Assembly: GCA_001825155.1 (NCBI GenBank)
Contig: MHVH01000005.1
Location: 70,413 to 134,412, forward strand
Length of the DNA stretch: 64,000 bases
Origin: Candidatus Zambryskibacteria bacterium RIFCSPHIGHO2_01_FULL_46_25
GTDB taxonomy: Bacteria; Patescibacteriota; Minisyncoccia; Phycocordibacterales; Zambryskibacteraceae
Direction: 5' to 3'
A program made the position numbers and the translations under genes. The notes under the pieces are model-generated. The model saw only the letters and a program-made list of their open reading frames with translations, did no database searches and was not told the DNA's origin. Shown here piece after piece: positions 28,056 through 37,683 of the stretch (the first letter of the stretch is position 1; every line of letters starts with the position of its first letter).

Positions 28056-28769
28056 TTACCATCTTCCGGAGGCGCCACCGCCGCCGGACATACCGCCACC
28101 GAAGCCTCCAAACCTGCCACCACCCTTCCCTCCTCGTCCACCGCCGAAAAAAATAGGAAAGACGGTGCTCTTACCCTGCCTCTTCCTCCTGATATTAATG
28201 AAAATGACGATGAGAATGATGGCAAGATAAACGATGTCAACCCAAGGGAAAGGTTTCTTGGACCGAGGAGGCGGCTCCTCGGTTTCAATATCCGACACAA
28301 TTCTGCTTACAGCCGCCTGCACACCCTCGTCATATCGTTCCTCTTGGAAGGCCGGCGTCAAAACATCGCGGATAATGCCCGCGCTCTCGATATCGGTAAT
28401 AATCGGCTCAAGTCCGTAGCCAACCTCTATCCTCATTTCTCTATCATCTCTTGAGATGAGGAGGAGAAGACCATTATCCTCCTTTGCTTTGCCTATGCCC
28501 CATTTCTGGAAAAGTTCGACGGCGTAAGTCTCGATAGTCTGGTCTGCGCCAAGCGAGGTGATAGTCACCACGGCAATCTCATTGCCGGTCGTTTGTTCAA
28601 ATTGCACGAGTGTCTGCTCCAAGCTAGCCACCGTCTCTGGGCGGAGCATGTTTGCGGTATCGCTGATGTGTCCCGTCAGCGAGATGAGCGCGTAAAGTGG
28701 GATACCAATCAACGAATAGCATACGAATGAAACGAATAAGATTCGTATAATTCGTGGCATTATTCGCAT
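28056..28769 (-). CDS. TPM-domain membrane protein (YgcG-like)
   Basis: WGIG...DNGLLLLI, RIEVGYGLE, Gly-rich GGGGASGRW tail; next to lemA. Confidence 0.9.
   Translation of the reverse strand: MRIMPRIIRILFVSFVCYSLIGIPLYALISLTGHISDTANMLRPETVASLEQTLVQFEQTTGNEIAVVTITSLGADQTIETYAVELFQKWGIGKAKEDNGLLLLISRDDREMRIEVGYGLEPIITDIESAGIIRDVLTPAFQEERYDEGVQAAVSRIVSDIETEEPPPRSKKPFPWVDIVYLAIILIVIFINIRRKRQGKSTVFPIFFGGGRGGKGGGRFGGFGGGMSGGGGASGRW
28712..28767. repeat. Empty CGAAT x3 / ATTCG x3 element within the TPM gene 5' end
   Basis: CGAAT at 28713/24/33; ATTCG at 28741/50/62. Confidence 0.75.
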
Positions 28770-28781
28770 ATTAGTATCGAG

Positions 28782-29336
28782 CTAGAAATTCACTTGAGGG
28801 GCGTTCTCGGCGCCATTGGCCGCTTCGAAGTAGGAGCGTTCGCCGAAGCCGAACAATCTGGCTAGCATATTCTTCGGAAATCTCTTGACAGTAGTGTTGT
28901 AGGCGCGAATCTCGTCATTGAAGCGAGTGCGCTCCACCGAGACACGGTTCTCGGTCCCTTCAAGCTGTGCCATCAGATCTCGGACATTGCTTGATGATTC
29001 AAGTTGAGGGTAATTCTCGACGATAACCAAGAGCCTGCCCAAAGCGCCTTCGACTTGGCTTGCGGCGGCAGCCTTCTCATCTGGAGTAGTGGCTCCGGCA
29101 TAACGAGTGCGAGCATCCGCGATATCGCCAAAAACAGTTTGCTCCTGAGTGAGAATTGCTTTTACCGAGTTGACGAGATTGGGAATCAGGTCAAATCGTC
29201 TCTGGTACTGCGTCTCCACCTTCGCCCATTGAGCGTCGGCGTTTTCGTTCAATGTAACCAAGCCGTTGTAGCCGGAGAATCCCCATATAGCTAGAATCGC
29301 CACAACCCCGATAAGCACAATAATACTTTTATTCAT
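28782..29336 (-). CDS. lemA: LemA family protein
   Basis: QRRFDLIPNLV, VENYPQL, GTENRV..ER..FN, FP. Confidence 0.94.
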   Translation of the reverse strand: MNKSIIVLIGVVAILAIWGFSGYNGLVTLNENADAQWAKVETQYQRRFDLIPNLVNSVKAILTQEQTVFGDIADARTRYAGATTPDEKAAAASQVEGALGRLLVIVENYPQLESSSNVRDLMAQLEGTENRVSVERTRFNDEIRAYNTTVKRFPKNMLARLFGFGERSYFEAANGAENAPQVNF

Positions 29337-29384
29337 ATGATTTATTTAATTATTAAAATCATTTTAACACATCTAAAAAGATAG

Positions 29385-29790
29385 AAAAGAAAAAGGGTGG
29401 AGGCTTCAATTGCTAGCCTCCACCCTTACGAACACGGGCTCTGCGTACCCTTTGTCGGGGAATCTCTAGCGGAGCAGTTGCCACGGGCCTTGCTTAGGCG
29501 TTCGGATGCCATGCCTCGCGCTCAAGGCGGGAGGTGCTTACTGGAACATCACTGTTGCCAATCGGCGCTGGGCTGGCCGGTCTACACCGGCCTTTTTCAA
29601 ACACCTCGATTTTGGTCGCGGCGGCGCATCACGAGGATGCGTCGCAGCCACCACCGCTCGAGGTCAGCGGTTTAACGAACGACGAGCACGGAACGTCTCG
29701 GAATCTTCTTTGCTGGGTTCTCGAAAGGAACCCCGCTTAGGTAAATCCCGATGAGAACGACCTCAATCCGGACCCCCTTTCTTTAGCCTG
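29385..29790 (-). ncRNA. Candidate ~400-nt structured RNA
   Basis: Promoter TTGACA-17-TATGAT (29796-29824), 13-bp terminator 29393-29427, several hairpins, no minus-strand ORF in the >=60 aa track. Confidence 0.5.
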
Positions 29791-29835
29791 TATTTATCAT
29801 ACACCCAAACCTGTTTTTTGTCAATGCTTCGCATC

Positions 29836-29899
29836 GCTTCAGGTTCGTTCGGGTTCTGTGTGAGCAAGCTCCCACATTCCCTCGCTGCCTGAAGTCAAG
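29836..29899. repeat. 64-bp palindromic repeat, copy 2
   Basis: 61/64 identical to 6250-6313. Confidence 0.9.
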
Positions 29900-29904
29900 T
29901 TCTA

Positions 29905-31572
29905 TTAATAATCCATTCCCCCGTGGGAGTGCGGTAAATCTGGAAAAGGCTTCGCCTTTTCTGGCTCATCCGCTATGGCGACCTCTGTAGTGAGAAGGAT
30001 GGCGACGGCTGAGGCGGCATTCTCAAGCGCCACTCTCGCGACTTTTACCGGGTCGATAATCCCCTCTTCGAACATGTCGGTTACAAACATATCCGTAAGC
30101 GCGTTGTAGCCGGAGTTGGCTTGTCCCTTCATCACTTCATTCAAAACTACTCCATCTTCCTTGCCGGCATTCCTCGCGATTTGGCGCAGAGGTTCCTTGA
30201 GCGCCTCCACCACGGCCATGTAGCCCGCGGCAAACTCTGCCGCCTCCGCGTTCTCGGGAGCGAGTTTGGATTCCTTGGACTCCTTATACTTCGCCTCAAT
30301 TTTCTTTGAAACTTTGGCATAAGCACTGCCGCCACCAGCGACAACTCCCTCGGCAATGGCGGCCTTGGTGGCATTGACGGCATCCTCAATCTTCAATTTC
30401 AAATACTTCATCTCCGTTTCTGTCGCGGCGCCGACCTTGATGACAGCCACACCGCCGGTGAGCTTGCCAATGCGCTCCTTAAGTTTCTCAATATCGAACT
30501 TGGAAACTGAGTTTCCAAGTTGGGCGCGGAGGCTCTCGACTCTCGCAACAATCTCGGCCTTCTTGCCTTTGCCACCTACTATAATCGTAGAGTCCTTCGT
30601 GGAAACCACTCTCGACGCGCGACCGAGCATATTGAATTCCGCCTTTTCGAAAGTGAGACCGACATCTTCCGAAACAACTTTGGCACCAACGGTAGCCGCA
30701 ATGTCCGCCAGCAATTCCTTCTTCTTGTCGCCGTAGCCGGGAGCCTTAATCGCAAGCACATTGAAAGAGCCTCGCAACTTGTTTAAAACAAATGTGGTCA
30801 ACGCTTCCCCATCAACATCTTCGGCGATTATTACAAGGTCTTTCTTATCGCTCGCGGCAAGCTTCTCGAGCAAGGGTAAAATATCCTTGATGACCGAAAT
30901 TTTCCTGTCAGTAATAAGAATGGCCGGGTCCCGATACTCGGCTTCCATCCTCTCGGCATTGGTAATCATATAAGCTGAGATATAGCCCTTGTCGAACTCG
31001 AGCCCTTCGACAATTTCCGAATCAATGCCCATAGACTGGGACTCCTCGACCGTAACCACGCCGTCCTTGCCAATCTTCTTTATGGTATTAGCGATGATTG
31101 TGCCTATCTCTTCCGACTCGGCGGAGATTGTCGCCACTTGCCTCACTTCCGCATCGGCTTTGATGGGCTTCGCCATCTTCTTCAAAGCGTCTATGGCATC
31201 GGCAGCCGCGGCCTCGATACCTCTCCTTATGCCCATGGAATTTGTCCCCGAGGAAGACTTCTTGAATCCCGCTTCGACGAGCGCCTGGGTCAATACAACC
31301 GATGTGGTCGTACCGTCACCGGCGGCGTCATTGGTCTTCGTCGCCACCTCCTTCACAATCTCGGCGCCCATGTTCTCGAACTTGTCGGCAAGCGTTATTT
31401 CCTTGGCAATGGTTACACCATCATTGGTAATAGTCGGCGCGCCATAGCCCTTGTCGAGAACGACGTTTCTGCCTCTCGGACCAATGGTAATCCTCACCGC
31501 GTCAGCAACCGCATCCACTCCGCGCTTAAGCGCCTCCCTGGCATCCTGATTAAAAAGTATTTTCTTTGCCAT
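29905..31572 (-). CDS. groL: Chaperonin GroEL
   Basis: TIGPRGRNVV, ITNDGVTIAKEI, AGDGTTT, IIDPVKV. Confidence 0.98.
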   Translation of the reverse strand: MAKKILFNQDAREALKRGVDAVADAVRITIGPRGRNVVLDKGYGAPTITNDGVTIAKEITLADKFENMGAEIVKEVATKTNDAAGDGTTTSVVLTQALVEAGFKKSSSGTNSMGIRRGIEAAAADAIDALKKMAKPIKADAEVRQVATISAESEEIGTIIANTIKKIGKDGVVTVEESQSMGIDSEIVEGLEFDKGYISAYMITNAERMEAEYRDPAILITDRKISVIKDILPLLEKLAASDKKDLVIIAEDVDGEALTTFVLNKLRGSFNVLAIKAPGYGDKKKELLADIAATVGAKVVSEDVGLTFEKAEFNMLGRASRVVSTKDSTIIVGGKGKKAEIVARVESLRAQLGNSVSKFDIEKLKERIGKLTGGVAVIKVGAATETEMKYLKLKIEDAVNATKAAIAEGVVAGGGSAYAKVSKKIEAKYKESKESKLAPENAEAAEFAAGYMAVVEALKEPLRQIARNAGKEDGVVLNEVMKGQANSGYNALTDMFVTDMFEEGIIDPVKVARVALENAASAVAILLTTEVAIADEPEKAKPFPDLPHSHGGMDY

Positions 31573-31590
31573 ACTATTTACTATCTACTG

Positions 31591-31887
31591 TTACTTAATA
31601 ACTGCCAATACATTCTCTTCTTTAATAAGATAGAATTCCTCGCCATCCAGCTCAATCTCGTCGTAAGAATATTTGGAGAAAAAGACGACATCGCCCGCCT
31701 TCACCTTCTTGCCCTCGCCCACGGCAACCACTTTTCCATGGGCGGATTTCTCATTGACGACAGCGTCGGGGAGAATAATTCCGTAGGAAGGCTTCTTACC
31801 CTTGAGCTCCTCGGCGGTAAACGGCTTGACCAACACCCTGTCTCCTATAGGAATAATTTTGCCTTTTTTTACTGGTTTTTTCTGCAT
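31591..31887 (-). CDS. groS: Co-chaperonin GroES
   Basis: PIGDRVLV, GIILP, GKVVAVG. Confidence 0.96.
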   Translation of the reverse strand: MQKKPVKKGKIIPIGDRVLVKPFTAEELKGKKPSYGIILPDAVVNEKSAHGKVVAVGEGKKVKAGDVVFFSKYSYDEIELDGEEFYLIKEENVLAVIK

Positions 31888-31990
31888 ATTTTTGGATTCG
31901 ATTCCTTAATCGGCTCAAATTGTATTCTTTAAAAGCGTGAAGTCAAATTGCCAACTTAATAAATCGGAGTATAATAGCGTGGTACAGGTA

Positions 31991-32218
31991 ATGGCCCAGA
32001 TTCTTCCCTACATACAAATTGTTTTGAGCGTTCTGCTCATCGCTCTCATCCTGCTTCAACGCTCCGAGGCTAGTCTTGGCGCCGCGTTCGGCGGGGATTC
32101 TTCGACGGGAAATCGCTTCACCAGGAGAGGCTTCGAGAAAACGCTTTTCAAAGGCACGATTCTGGTCGCCGCCCTTTTCGCGTTATCCGCTTTCGCTTCC
32201 CTACTTCTCGGTCGATAA
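31991..32218 (+). CDS. secG: Preprotein translocase subunit SecG
   Basis: LILLQ...LGAAFGG, RRGFEKTL, two TMs. Confidence 0.9.
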   Translation: MAQILPYIQIVLSVLLIALILLQRSEASLGAAFGGDSSTGNRFTRRGFEKTLFKGTILVAALFALSAFASLLLGR

Positions 32219-32223
32219 CTTAA

Positions 32224-33981
32224 ATGCGTTACAAAGAAATACGGGCGCTTCTTCTGAAGCGCTTCCACATACCGAAGGCTCGAGCCATTTCAAGAACTAT
32301 GCGGTCTTTCACCATGGCGGAGAAAGCAGTTTTCTATTTCTTCGCAAGTGTTTTCATCCTTTCTGGCTTCATCATGGCATGGCAGGTGAGCGAAGCCTTT
32401 CTCGTCGAGGTGCCTATCCGGGGTGGAACGCTCGCGGAGGGTGTGGTGGGTAATCCTCGTTTTATCAATCCGGTGCTCGCCCTATCGGAAGCGGACAAGA
32501 ACCTGACAGCCGTCGTCTACTCTGGTCTCGTAAGGCTCACGCCAGAAGGCTTGATTACGAACGATCTTGCCAGTCAAGTCCAGATTTCTAAAGATGAGCG
32601 CGTTTATACCGTAACCATTAGCAAAGACGCCCGCTTCCACGACGACGCGCCGGTAACGGCTGACGACATAATTTTCACCATCAGTAAGATTGCCGACCCT
32701 GTCATCAAGAGTCCGCGCCGAGGCAATTGGGACGGTGTCGCGGTGGAAAAGGTCGATGAACGCACGGTAACCTTCACACTGAAGAAGGCTTATACTCCAT
32801 TTATTTACAACCTGACGACCGGCATTCTTCCCAAGCATATTTGGAATAATGTCTCAAACGACGAGTTTTCCTTCAGTCAATTCAACACCTTGCCGGTTGG
32901 CTCCGGACCGTTTGAGGTCGTGAGAGTAGACAGAAACAAGGGAGGTATTCCGGACTATTACATGCTTAAACCCAACAGCCACACGTCGGGGCGCGAGCCT
33001 TATATTGAGAACCTGGTTTTCCATTTCTATCCATCGGAGACGGCGCTCATAGACGCCTACAACAACGGCACGGTCGACTCGGTAAGCGGCATTTCTCCGG
33101 AAAATGTTGCCAAGGTAAATTCGCACGGATCGCAAGTTATCCACTCACCTCTTCCCAGGATATTTGCCGTCTTTTTCAACCAGACGAAGTCTAAGGCGCT
33201 CGCGAACCTGGGGGTAAGACGGGCGCTTGATCTCGCCGCTCCGAAAGAGAGAATAGTCGAAGATATTCTTGGCGGCTATGCTACGCCTATCGATGGCCCC
33301 ATCCCTGCTGGTATTTACGACTGGAGTATTGGTGGAACGAATATGAAATCTCCCGAAGAGAGATTGGAACTTGCTCGACAAATGCTTTCGAAAGATGGCT
33401 GGGTACTCAATTTAGAGAACGGGGTGTTGGAAAAGAAGAGCGGATCTGCTATCATTACTTTGTCGTTTTCCATCTCTACTGGCGATGTGCCCGAATTGAG
33501 GCAAGTGGCGGAAGAACTTAAGGGCGCGTGGGAAAAGCTGGGTGCCAAGGTCGATATTCTGGTGTACGAAACCGGCGACCTGAATCAAAACGTCATCCGC
33601 CCGAGGCAGTTTGAAAGTCTCCTCTTCGGAGAAGTGGTGGGCAGAGATGCGGACGTTTATCCCTTCTGGCATTCCTCGCAGAGAAACGACCCGGGATTGA
33701 ACATCGCTCTCTATGCAAATACAAAAGCGGACAAATTGCTCGAGAACGCCCGTTCAACAAGCGACAAGAAATCGGCCGAGAAAAATTACAAAGCCTTTTA
33801 TGAAGAGATTAGAAATGATTCGCCGGCCGTATTTCTTTACACGCCGAGTTTCCTTTACATAGTTCCGGAGAATCTCAAGGCGGTTAATCCTGGCCCATTG
33901 GCGATCACACAGGACAGATTCCTCGGTATAAGAGATTGGTATATTGAAACCGACAAAGTTTGGAAAATATTCCTTAATTGA
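32224..33981 (+). CDS. ABC transporter substrate-binding protein (family 5, OppA-like)
   Basis: NP, DLA, FHDD.PVTADD..FT, ILPKHIW, PVGSGPF. Confidence 0.9.
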   Translation: MRYKEIRALLLKRFHIPKARAISRTMRSFTMAEKAVFYFFASVFILSGFIMAWQVSEAFLVEVPIRGGTLAEGVVGNPRFINPVLALSEADKNLTAVVYSGLVRLTPEGLITNDLASQVQISKDERVYTVTISKDARFHDDAPVTADDIIFTISKIADPVIKSPRRGNWDGVAVEKVDERTVTFTLKKAYTPFIYNLTTGILPKHIWNNVSNDEFSFSQFNTLPVGSGPFEVVRVDRNKGGIPDYYMLKPNSHTSGREPYIENLVFHFYPSETALIDAYNNGTVDSVSGISPENVAKVNSHGSQVIHSPLPRIFAVFFNQTKSKALANLGVRRALDLAAPKERIVEDILGGYATPIDGPIPAGIYDWSIGGTNMKSPEERLELARQMLSKDGWVLNLENGVLEKKSGSAIITLSFSISTGDVPELRQVAEELKGAWEKLGAKVDILVYETGDLNQNVIRPRQFESLLFGEVVGRDADVYPFWHSSQRNDPGLNIALYANTKADKLLENARSTSDKKSAEKNYKAFYEEIRNDSPAVFLYTPSFLYIVPENLKAVNPGPLAITQDRFLGIRDWYIETDKVWKIFLN

Positions 33982-34007
33982 AAATTCTAAATTAAAAATT
34001 GAAAATT

Positions 34008-35783
34008 ATGAACCCTACTACCTTCACCCATAGTCTCCGGCAAAAAAGCATGAGAAGGCATTCGAATAACCCTATTCCGCAGAAGAAGCCCCACGATGTC
34101 ATTCCACCCATTAATGACGCTTTGCGCATCATTCCTCTCGGCGGTGTCGAAGAAATTGGCAAGAATATGACCGTCATCGAATACGGAAACGACATTATTA
34201 TCGTCGATGCCGGCATTCAGTTTTCCGACCCGGAAACTCCCGGTGTCGACTATATCCTCCCCAACATCAAATACCTGGAAGACAGGAAGGACCACATCCG
34301 AGCTCTCATCATCACCCACGGCCACCTGGACCACATTGGTGGCATTCCCTATCTCATAACCCGCCTTGGCAACCCCCCTATCTATACGCGCGAATTCGGC
34401 TCTCTCCTTATAAGAAAACGTCAAGAAGAATTCCCCCAGCTCGCTCCTCTTGATATCCGCATCGTCGAGGCAAGCGACAAATCTATTCCGATTACGCCCA
34501 ATTTCAAAGTGCGCTTCTTCGGTCTGACCCACTCTATCCCAGACTCGACTGGTGTCATCATCGAGACGCCATTCGGTGACATCGTCAATACCGGCGACGT
34601 CCGCGTGGAAAATGAAGCCGGTGTGCCTGTGGAAAAAGAGATAGAACAATACAAAATTTTCAAAGATCGGAATGTCCTCCTCTTTACCATGGATTCGACC
34701 GGCATCGACAAGCCAGGCTTCTCACCCTCCGAGGCCTCAATTCTCAAAAATATCGACGGCATAGTGGCCCAGGCTCCCGGTCGCGTCATCATTGCCACCT
34801 TCGCCTCGCAGGTCGAGCGCATTATCGAGTTTCTAAACAGCGCCAGGCGCTACGGCAAAAAAGTGGTCATAGAAGGCCGCAGTATGAAAACAAACATCGA
34901 CATCATCAAGCACTTAAATCTGGTTAACATCGACCACATAGTCCCAATCGAAGATATAGAGAAGTATCCGCCCAATAAAATCATGATGATTGCCACAGGC
35001 GCTCAGGGCGAGGAATTCGCCGCGCTCATGAGAATGTCGAACAAAACTCACAAGTTTATCCGCCTTCAGCGCTCGGACACCATCATCCTCTCTTCGTCCG
35101 TTATCCCCGGCAACGACCGCGCCGTAGAGAAACTTAAAGACAATCTCTTCAGGCATGACGCGAGAATCATTACTTATCTCGATTCAGACGTGCACACATC
35201 GGGACACGGCAAGCGCGGCGAACTAGAGTGGGTCCACAAGCAGGTTCCTTACAAATTCTTTATGCCCGTCCACGGTAGCCATTTCCGCCTCAAGATGCAC
35301 GCGGAACTCGCCGCCAATCTTGGCTGTCCGCGAGAAAATATCATAGTTCCAGACAACGGCTCAATAATCGAACTTAGAAATGGTGGTACCGAGTTCGTGA
35401 AGCTTCCTGAGAAAGCACCATCGGATGATATGGTGGTGGAGGGACTCAATATCGGCGATATTTCCGAGGTGGTTATTCGCGACAGGAAGATGCTCTCCGG
35501 CGACGGTATCTTCGTTGTCATCGCTCTCGTCAACTCCAGAAGCGGACGACTCAAGAAGTCCCCCGACATTATCGCCAGAGGCTTCGTTTACTTGCGTGAA
35601 TCGCAAGAGCTTCTAAGCGAAGCAAGGAGCATCATCAAGCGCTCTATCGAATCGATAACCGTCGGCGCCCAGCCCATCAACTTCGACATGGCGAAAAACG
35701 CGGTGAGCGAAGACATCTCCCGCTTTCTCTTTCAGAAAACCGCCAAAAAGCCGATTGTGATACCAGTGATACTAGGCGTTTAG
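34008..35783 (+). CDS. rnj: Ribonuclease J
   Basis: PLGGVEEIGKNM, THGHLDHIG, HSIPD, HTSGH, PVHG. Confidence 0.95.
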   Translation: MNPTTFTHSLRQKSMRRHSNNPIPQKKPHDVIPPINDALRIIPLGGVEEIGKNMTVIEYGNDIIIVDAGIQFSDPETPGVDYILPNIKYLEDRKDHIRALIITHGHLDHIGGIPYLITRLGNPPIYTREFGSLLIRKRQEEFPQLAPLDIRIVEASDKSIPITPNFKVRFFGLTHSIPDSTGVIIETPFGDIVNTGDVRVENEAGVPVEKEIEQYKIFKDRNVLLFTMDSTGIDKPGFSPSEASILKNIDGIVAQAPGRVIIATFASQVERIIEFLNSARRYGKKVVIEGRSMKTNIDIIKHLNLVNIDHIVPIEDIEKYPPNKIMMIATGAQGEEFAALMRMSNKTHKFIRLQRSDTIILSSSVIPGNDRAVEKLKDNLFRHDARIITYLDSDVHTSGHGKRGELEWVHKQVPYKFFMPVHGSHFRLKMHAELAANLGCPRENIIVPDNGSIIELRNGGTEFVKLPEKAPSDDMVVEGLNIGDISEVVIRDRKMLSGDGIFVVIALVNSRSGRLKKSPDIIARGFVYLRESQELLSEARSIIKRSIESITVGAQPINFDMAKNAVSEDISRFLFQKTAKKPIVIPVILGV

Positions 35784-35844
35784 CAATCCACAACATATCC
35801 ACAGTTTTGATTTGACGGAAATTTTACTTAGTGCACAATTATAC

Positions 35845-35882
35845 GTGCAAAGCGCTCTCCGCAAGGCGAGCGCTTTGCATTT
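35845..35882. terminator. Strong hairpin between rnj and the MFS gene
   Basis: TGCAAAGCGCTC...GAGCGCTTTGCA. Confidence 0.6.
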
Positions 35883-35900
35883 GTACTGTATAATTATTTC

Positions 35901-37043
35901 ATGCTTCGGCTCATTCCGGTTTTTATATCAAGCATATTCCTTTCTCTAAATTTCGGGCTTCTCTTGTACGTCAATTCCACTTTCCTCGCGAGCTTCCTTA
36001 CGCCCGGAGGCGTAAGCTCGGTGTTTCTGGCAGCTTCGCTTGTAAATGCCGTCATTTTCTTTTTCGCGACAAGACTGCTCAATTTCTTCGGCAAGGAGAA
36101 GGTTTTGCTTTTCTTTATGCTCTCTGCGTCTCTTGGCGCGGTCGGACTCGCTTTCTCAGCAAACGCAGTAACGGCCGTAGTTTCCTTCATTGTTTACGAG
36201 AGCTTCCTCTTCATGGTCTATTATTGTCTTGATATATTTGTTGAGGAAAAGACGCCAGACAAGCACGCAGGTGAGGTTAGAGGCGTTTATTACATGCTCA
36301 TAAACGGAGGCGTAGCGGCGGGACCTCTGCTTCTCTCGTTTCTCGTCGTAGATGACAACCTGCGAGTATCTTATCTTGCCGCCGTAGCACTTCTTGCAGT
36401 ACCTCTTGTCATATCCTTCGTCTTCTTGTTCGGCGCCAAAAAAACATTGCACCGTTGGGGACACGCGGGCTTGCCCATAAAAGCATGGTGGAAGAAAAGG
36501 AATATAAGAGCCGTAAGTCTCGCCAAGCTTGCCCTCGAGACCTTCTACGGCGTTATGGTAATCTACACGCCGATATATCTTCATGGCACGTTGGGCTTCG
36601 AATGGTCCGAGCTTGGCATCATATTCACGATTATGTTACTACCATTCGTGGTGCTCGAATGGCCGGCTGGAGAGCTTGCGGACCGCTTCTGGGGCGAGAA
36701 GGAGATGATGAGTGTTGGCTTCTTCCTCATGGGCATAGCGCTACTTACAATGCCGTTTATTCCAAAAGCTTTTGTAATCTGGATGCTTATACTTCTCCTC
36801 TCCCGCATAGGCGCTTCGCTCGTCGAGATTACAACAGAGAGTTATTTTTTCAAAAAAATTGACGCAAAGGACACCGGCATACTTGCCATCTTCCGGCTCT
36901 TGCGCCCGGTTGGCATCATCTTCGGCGCTGGCATCGGTGCGGCAAGCCTCCAGTTCTTTACTCTCGAGAAAATCTTCTTCATCCTTGCTGTCGTGGTCTT
37001 CTTCGGCATGCGTGAGGCTTTGTACCTTAGAGATACACTCTAA
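35901..37043 (+). CDS. MFS transporter
   Basis: About 12 TMs, GELADRFWG motif A. Confidence 0.85.
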   Translation: MLRLIPVFISSIFLSLNFGLLLYVNSTFLASFLTPGGVSSVFLAASLVNAVIFFFATRLLNFFGKEKVLLFFMLSASLGAVGLAFSANAVTAVVSFIVYESFLFMVYYCLDIFVEEKTPDKHAGEVRGVYYMLINGGVAAGPLLLSFLVVDDNLRVSYLAAVALLAVPLVISFVFLFGAKKTLHRWGHAGLPIKAWWKKRNIRAVSLAKLALETFYGVMVIYTPIYLHGTLGFEWSELGIIFTIMLLPFVVLEWPAGELADRFWGEKEMMSVGFFLMGIALLTMPFIPKAFVIWMLILLLSRIGASLVEITTESYFFKKIDAKDTGILAIFRLLRPVGIIFGAGIGAASLQFFTLEKIFFILAVVVFFGMREALYLRDTL

Positions 37044-37044
37044 A

Positions 37045-37683
37045 CTATTTCCGCTTCCACTCGGTTAGATTGGAGGCTTTAATTTCAATCCCTTCTGCCT
37101 TGCGCAGGTTTCTAACTTGTTTGAGTGTCAGAATTTTGAAGTGCTTTGAGATATCTAGCTCATGAGCCAGCGTTGCCAAATTTTCTTCTGTTGTAATCCA
37201 CCCTGTGCCAAGTTTAGATAGGTCAAATGGTTTGGAGTATTGTCTCAAAGTCTTTTTGCCGCTGTTGAGGAAATATTCATGGAAATAAGACATGGCCAGT
37301 TCGCGGATAGATTTGTAAACAGGGTCGCGGTAACGCAACACAGGATGGTTTGTTTTAGAAATAGCTCCCCAACATCCCCTCTCATTGAAAAGGGCCACTA
37401 CGTGGTCGAAGTCGGGGCGAACTGTCTTGAGGTCGAGAAGTAGCGGCAGCCGCCCCTGTATCCAGAGGGCGGCCGCCGCCAAAAGTGCCCCCTCGAAGCA
37501 ATGCGCCCGTTTGTTTTGTAATGTAAGCTTGGGTGAAGAGTGCGTCTGTCCCCCCTCCTCGAAGTTGAATGGCGTCGCATTCAAGAAATCCTGAATCTTC
37601 GCCGGAGTGGAAAGTTTCTTGAGTTTGGACCACTCACCTTGTTTCAATCCGGAAGCATGGAAATTAAGCTTCGAGACTTTCAT
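37045..37683 (-). CDS. Transglutaminase-like hypothetical protein
   Basis: AHCFEGALLAAA, DHVVALF, WGAISKTNH (Cys/His). Confidence 0.7.
   Translation of the reverse strand: MKVSKLNFHASGLKQGEWSKLKKLSTPAKIQDFLNATPFNFEEGGQTHSSPKLTLQNKRAHCFEGALLAAAALWIQGRLPLLLDLKTVRPDFDHVVALFNERGCWGAISKTNHPVLRYRDPVYKSIRELAMSYFHEYFLNSGKKTLRQYSKPFDLSKLGTGWITTEENLATLAHELDISKHFKILTLKQVRNLRKAEGIEIKASNLTEWKRK

Noticed and set aside
29385-29790. RNase P RNA or tmRNA
   Set aside because: Size fits, but no GAGGAAAGUCC/P4 signature and no tRNA-like ends with T-arm and CCA were found
35784-35840. oriC
   Set aside because: Only one or two degenerate DnaA boxes, no DUE cluster, no dnaA/dnaN nearby
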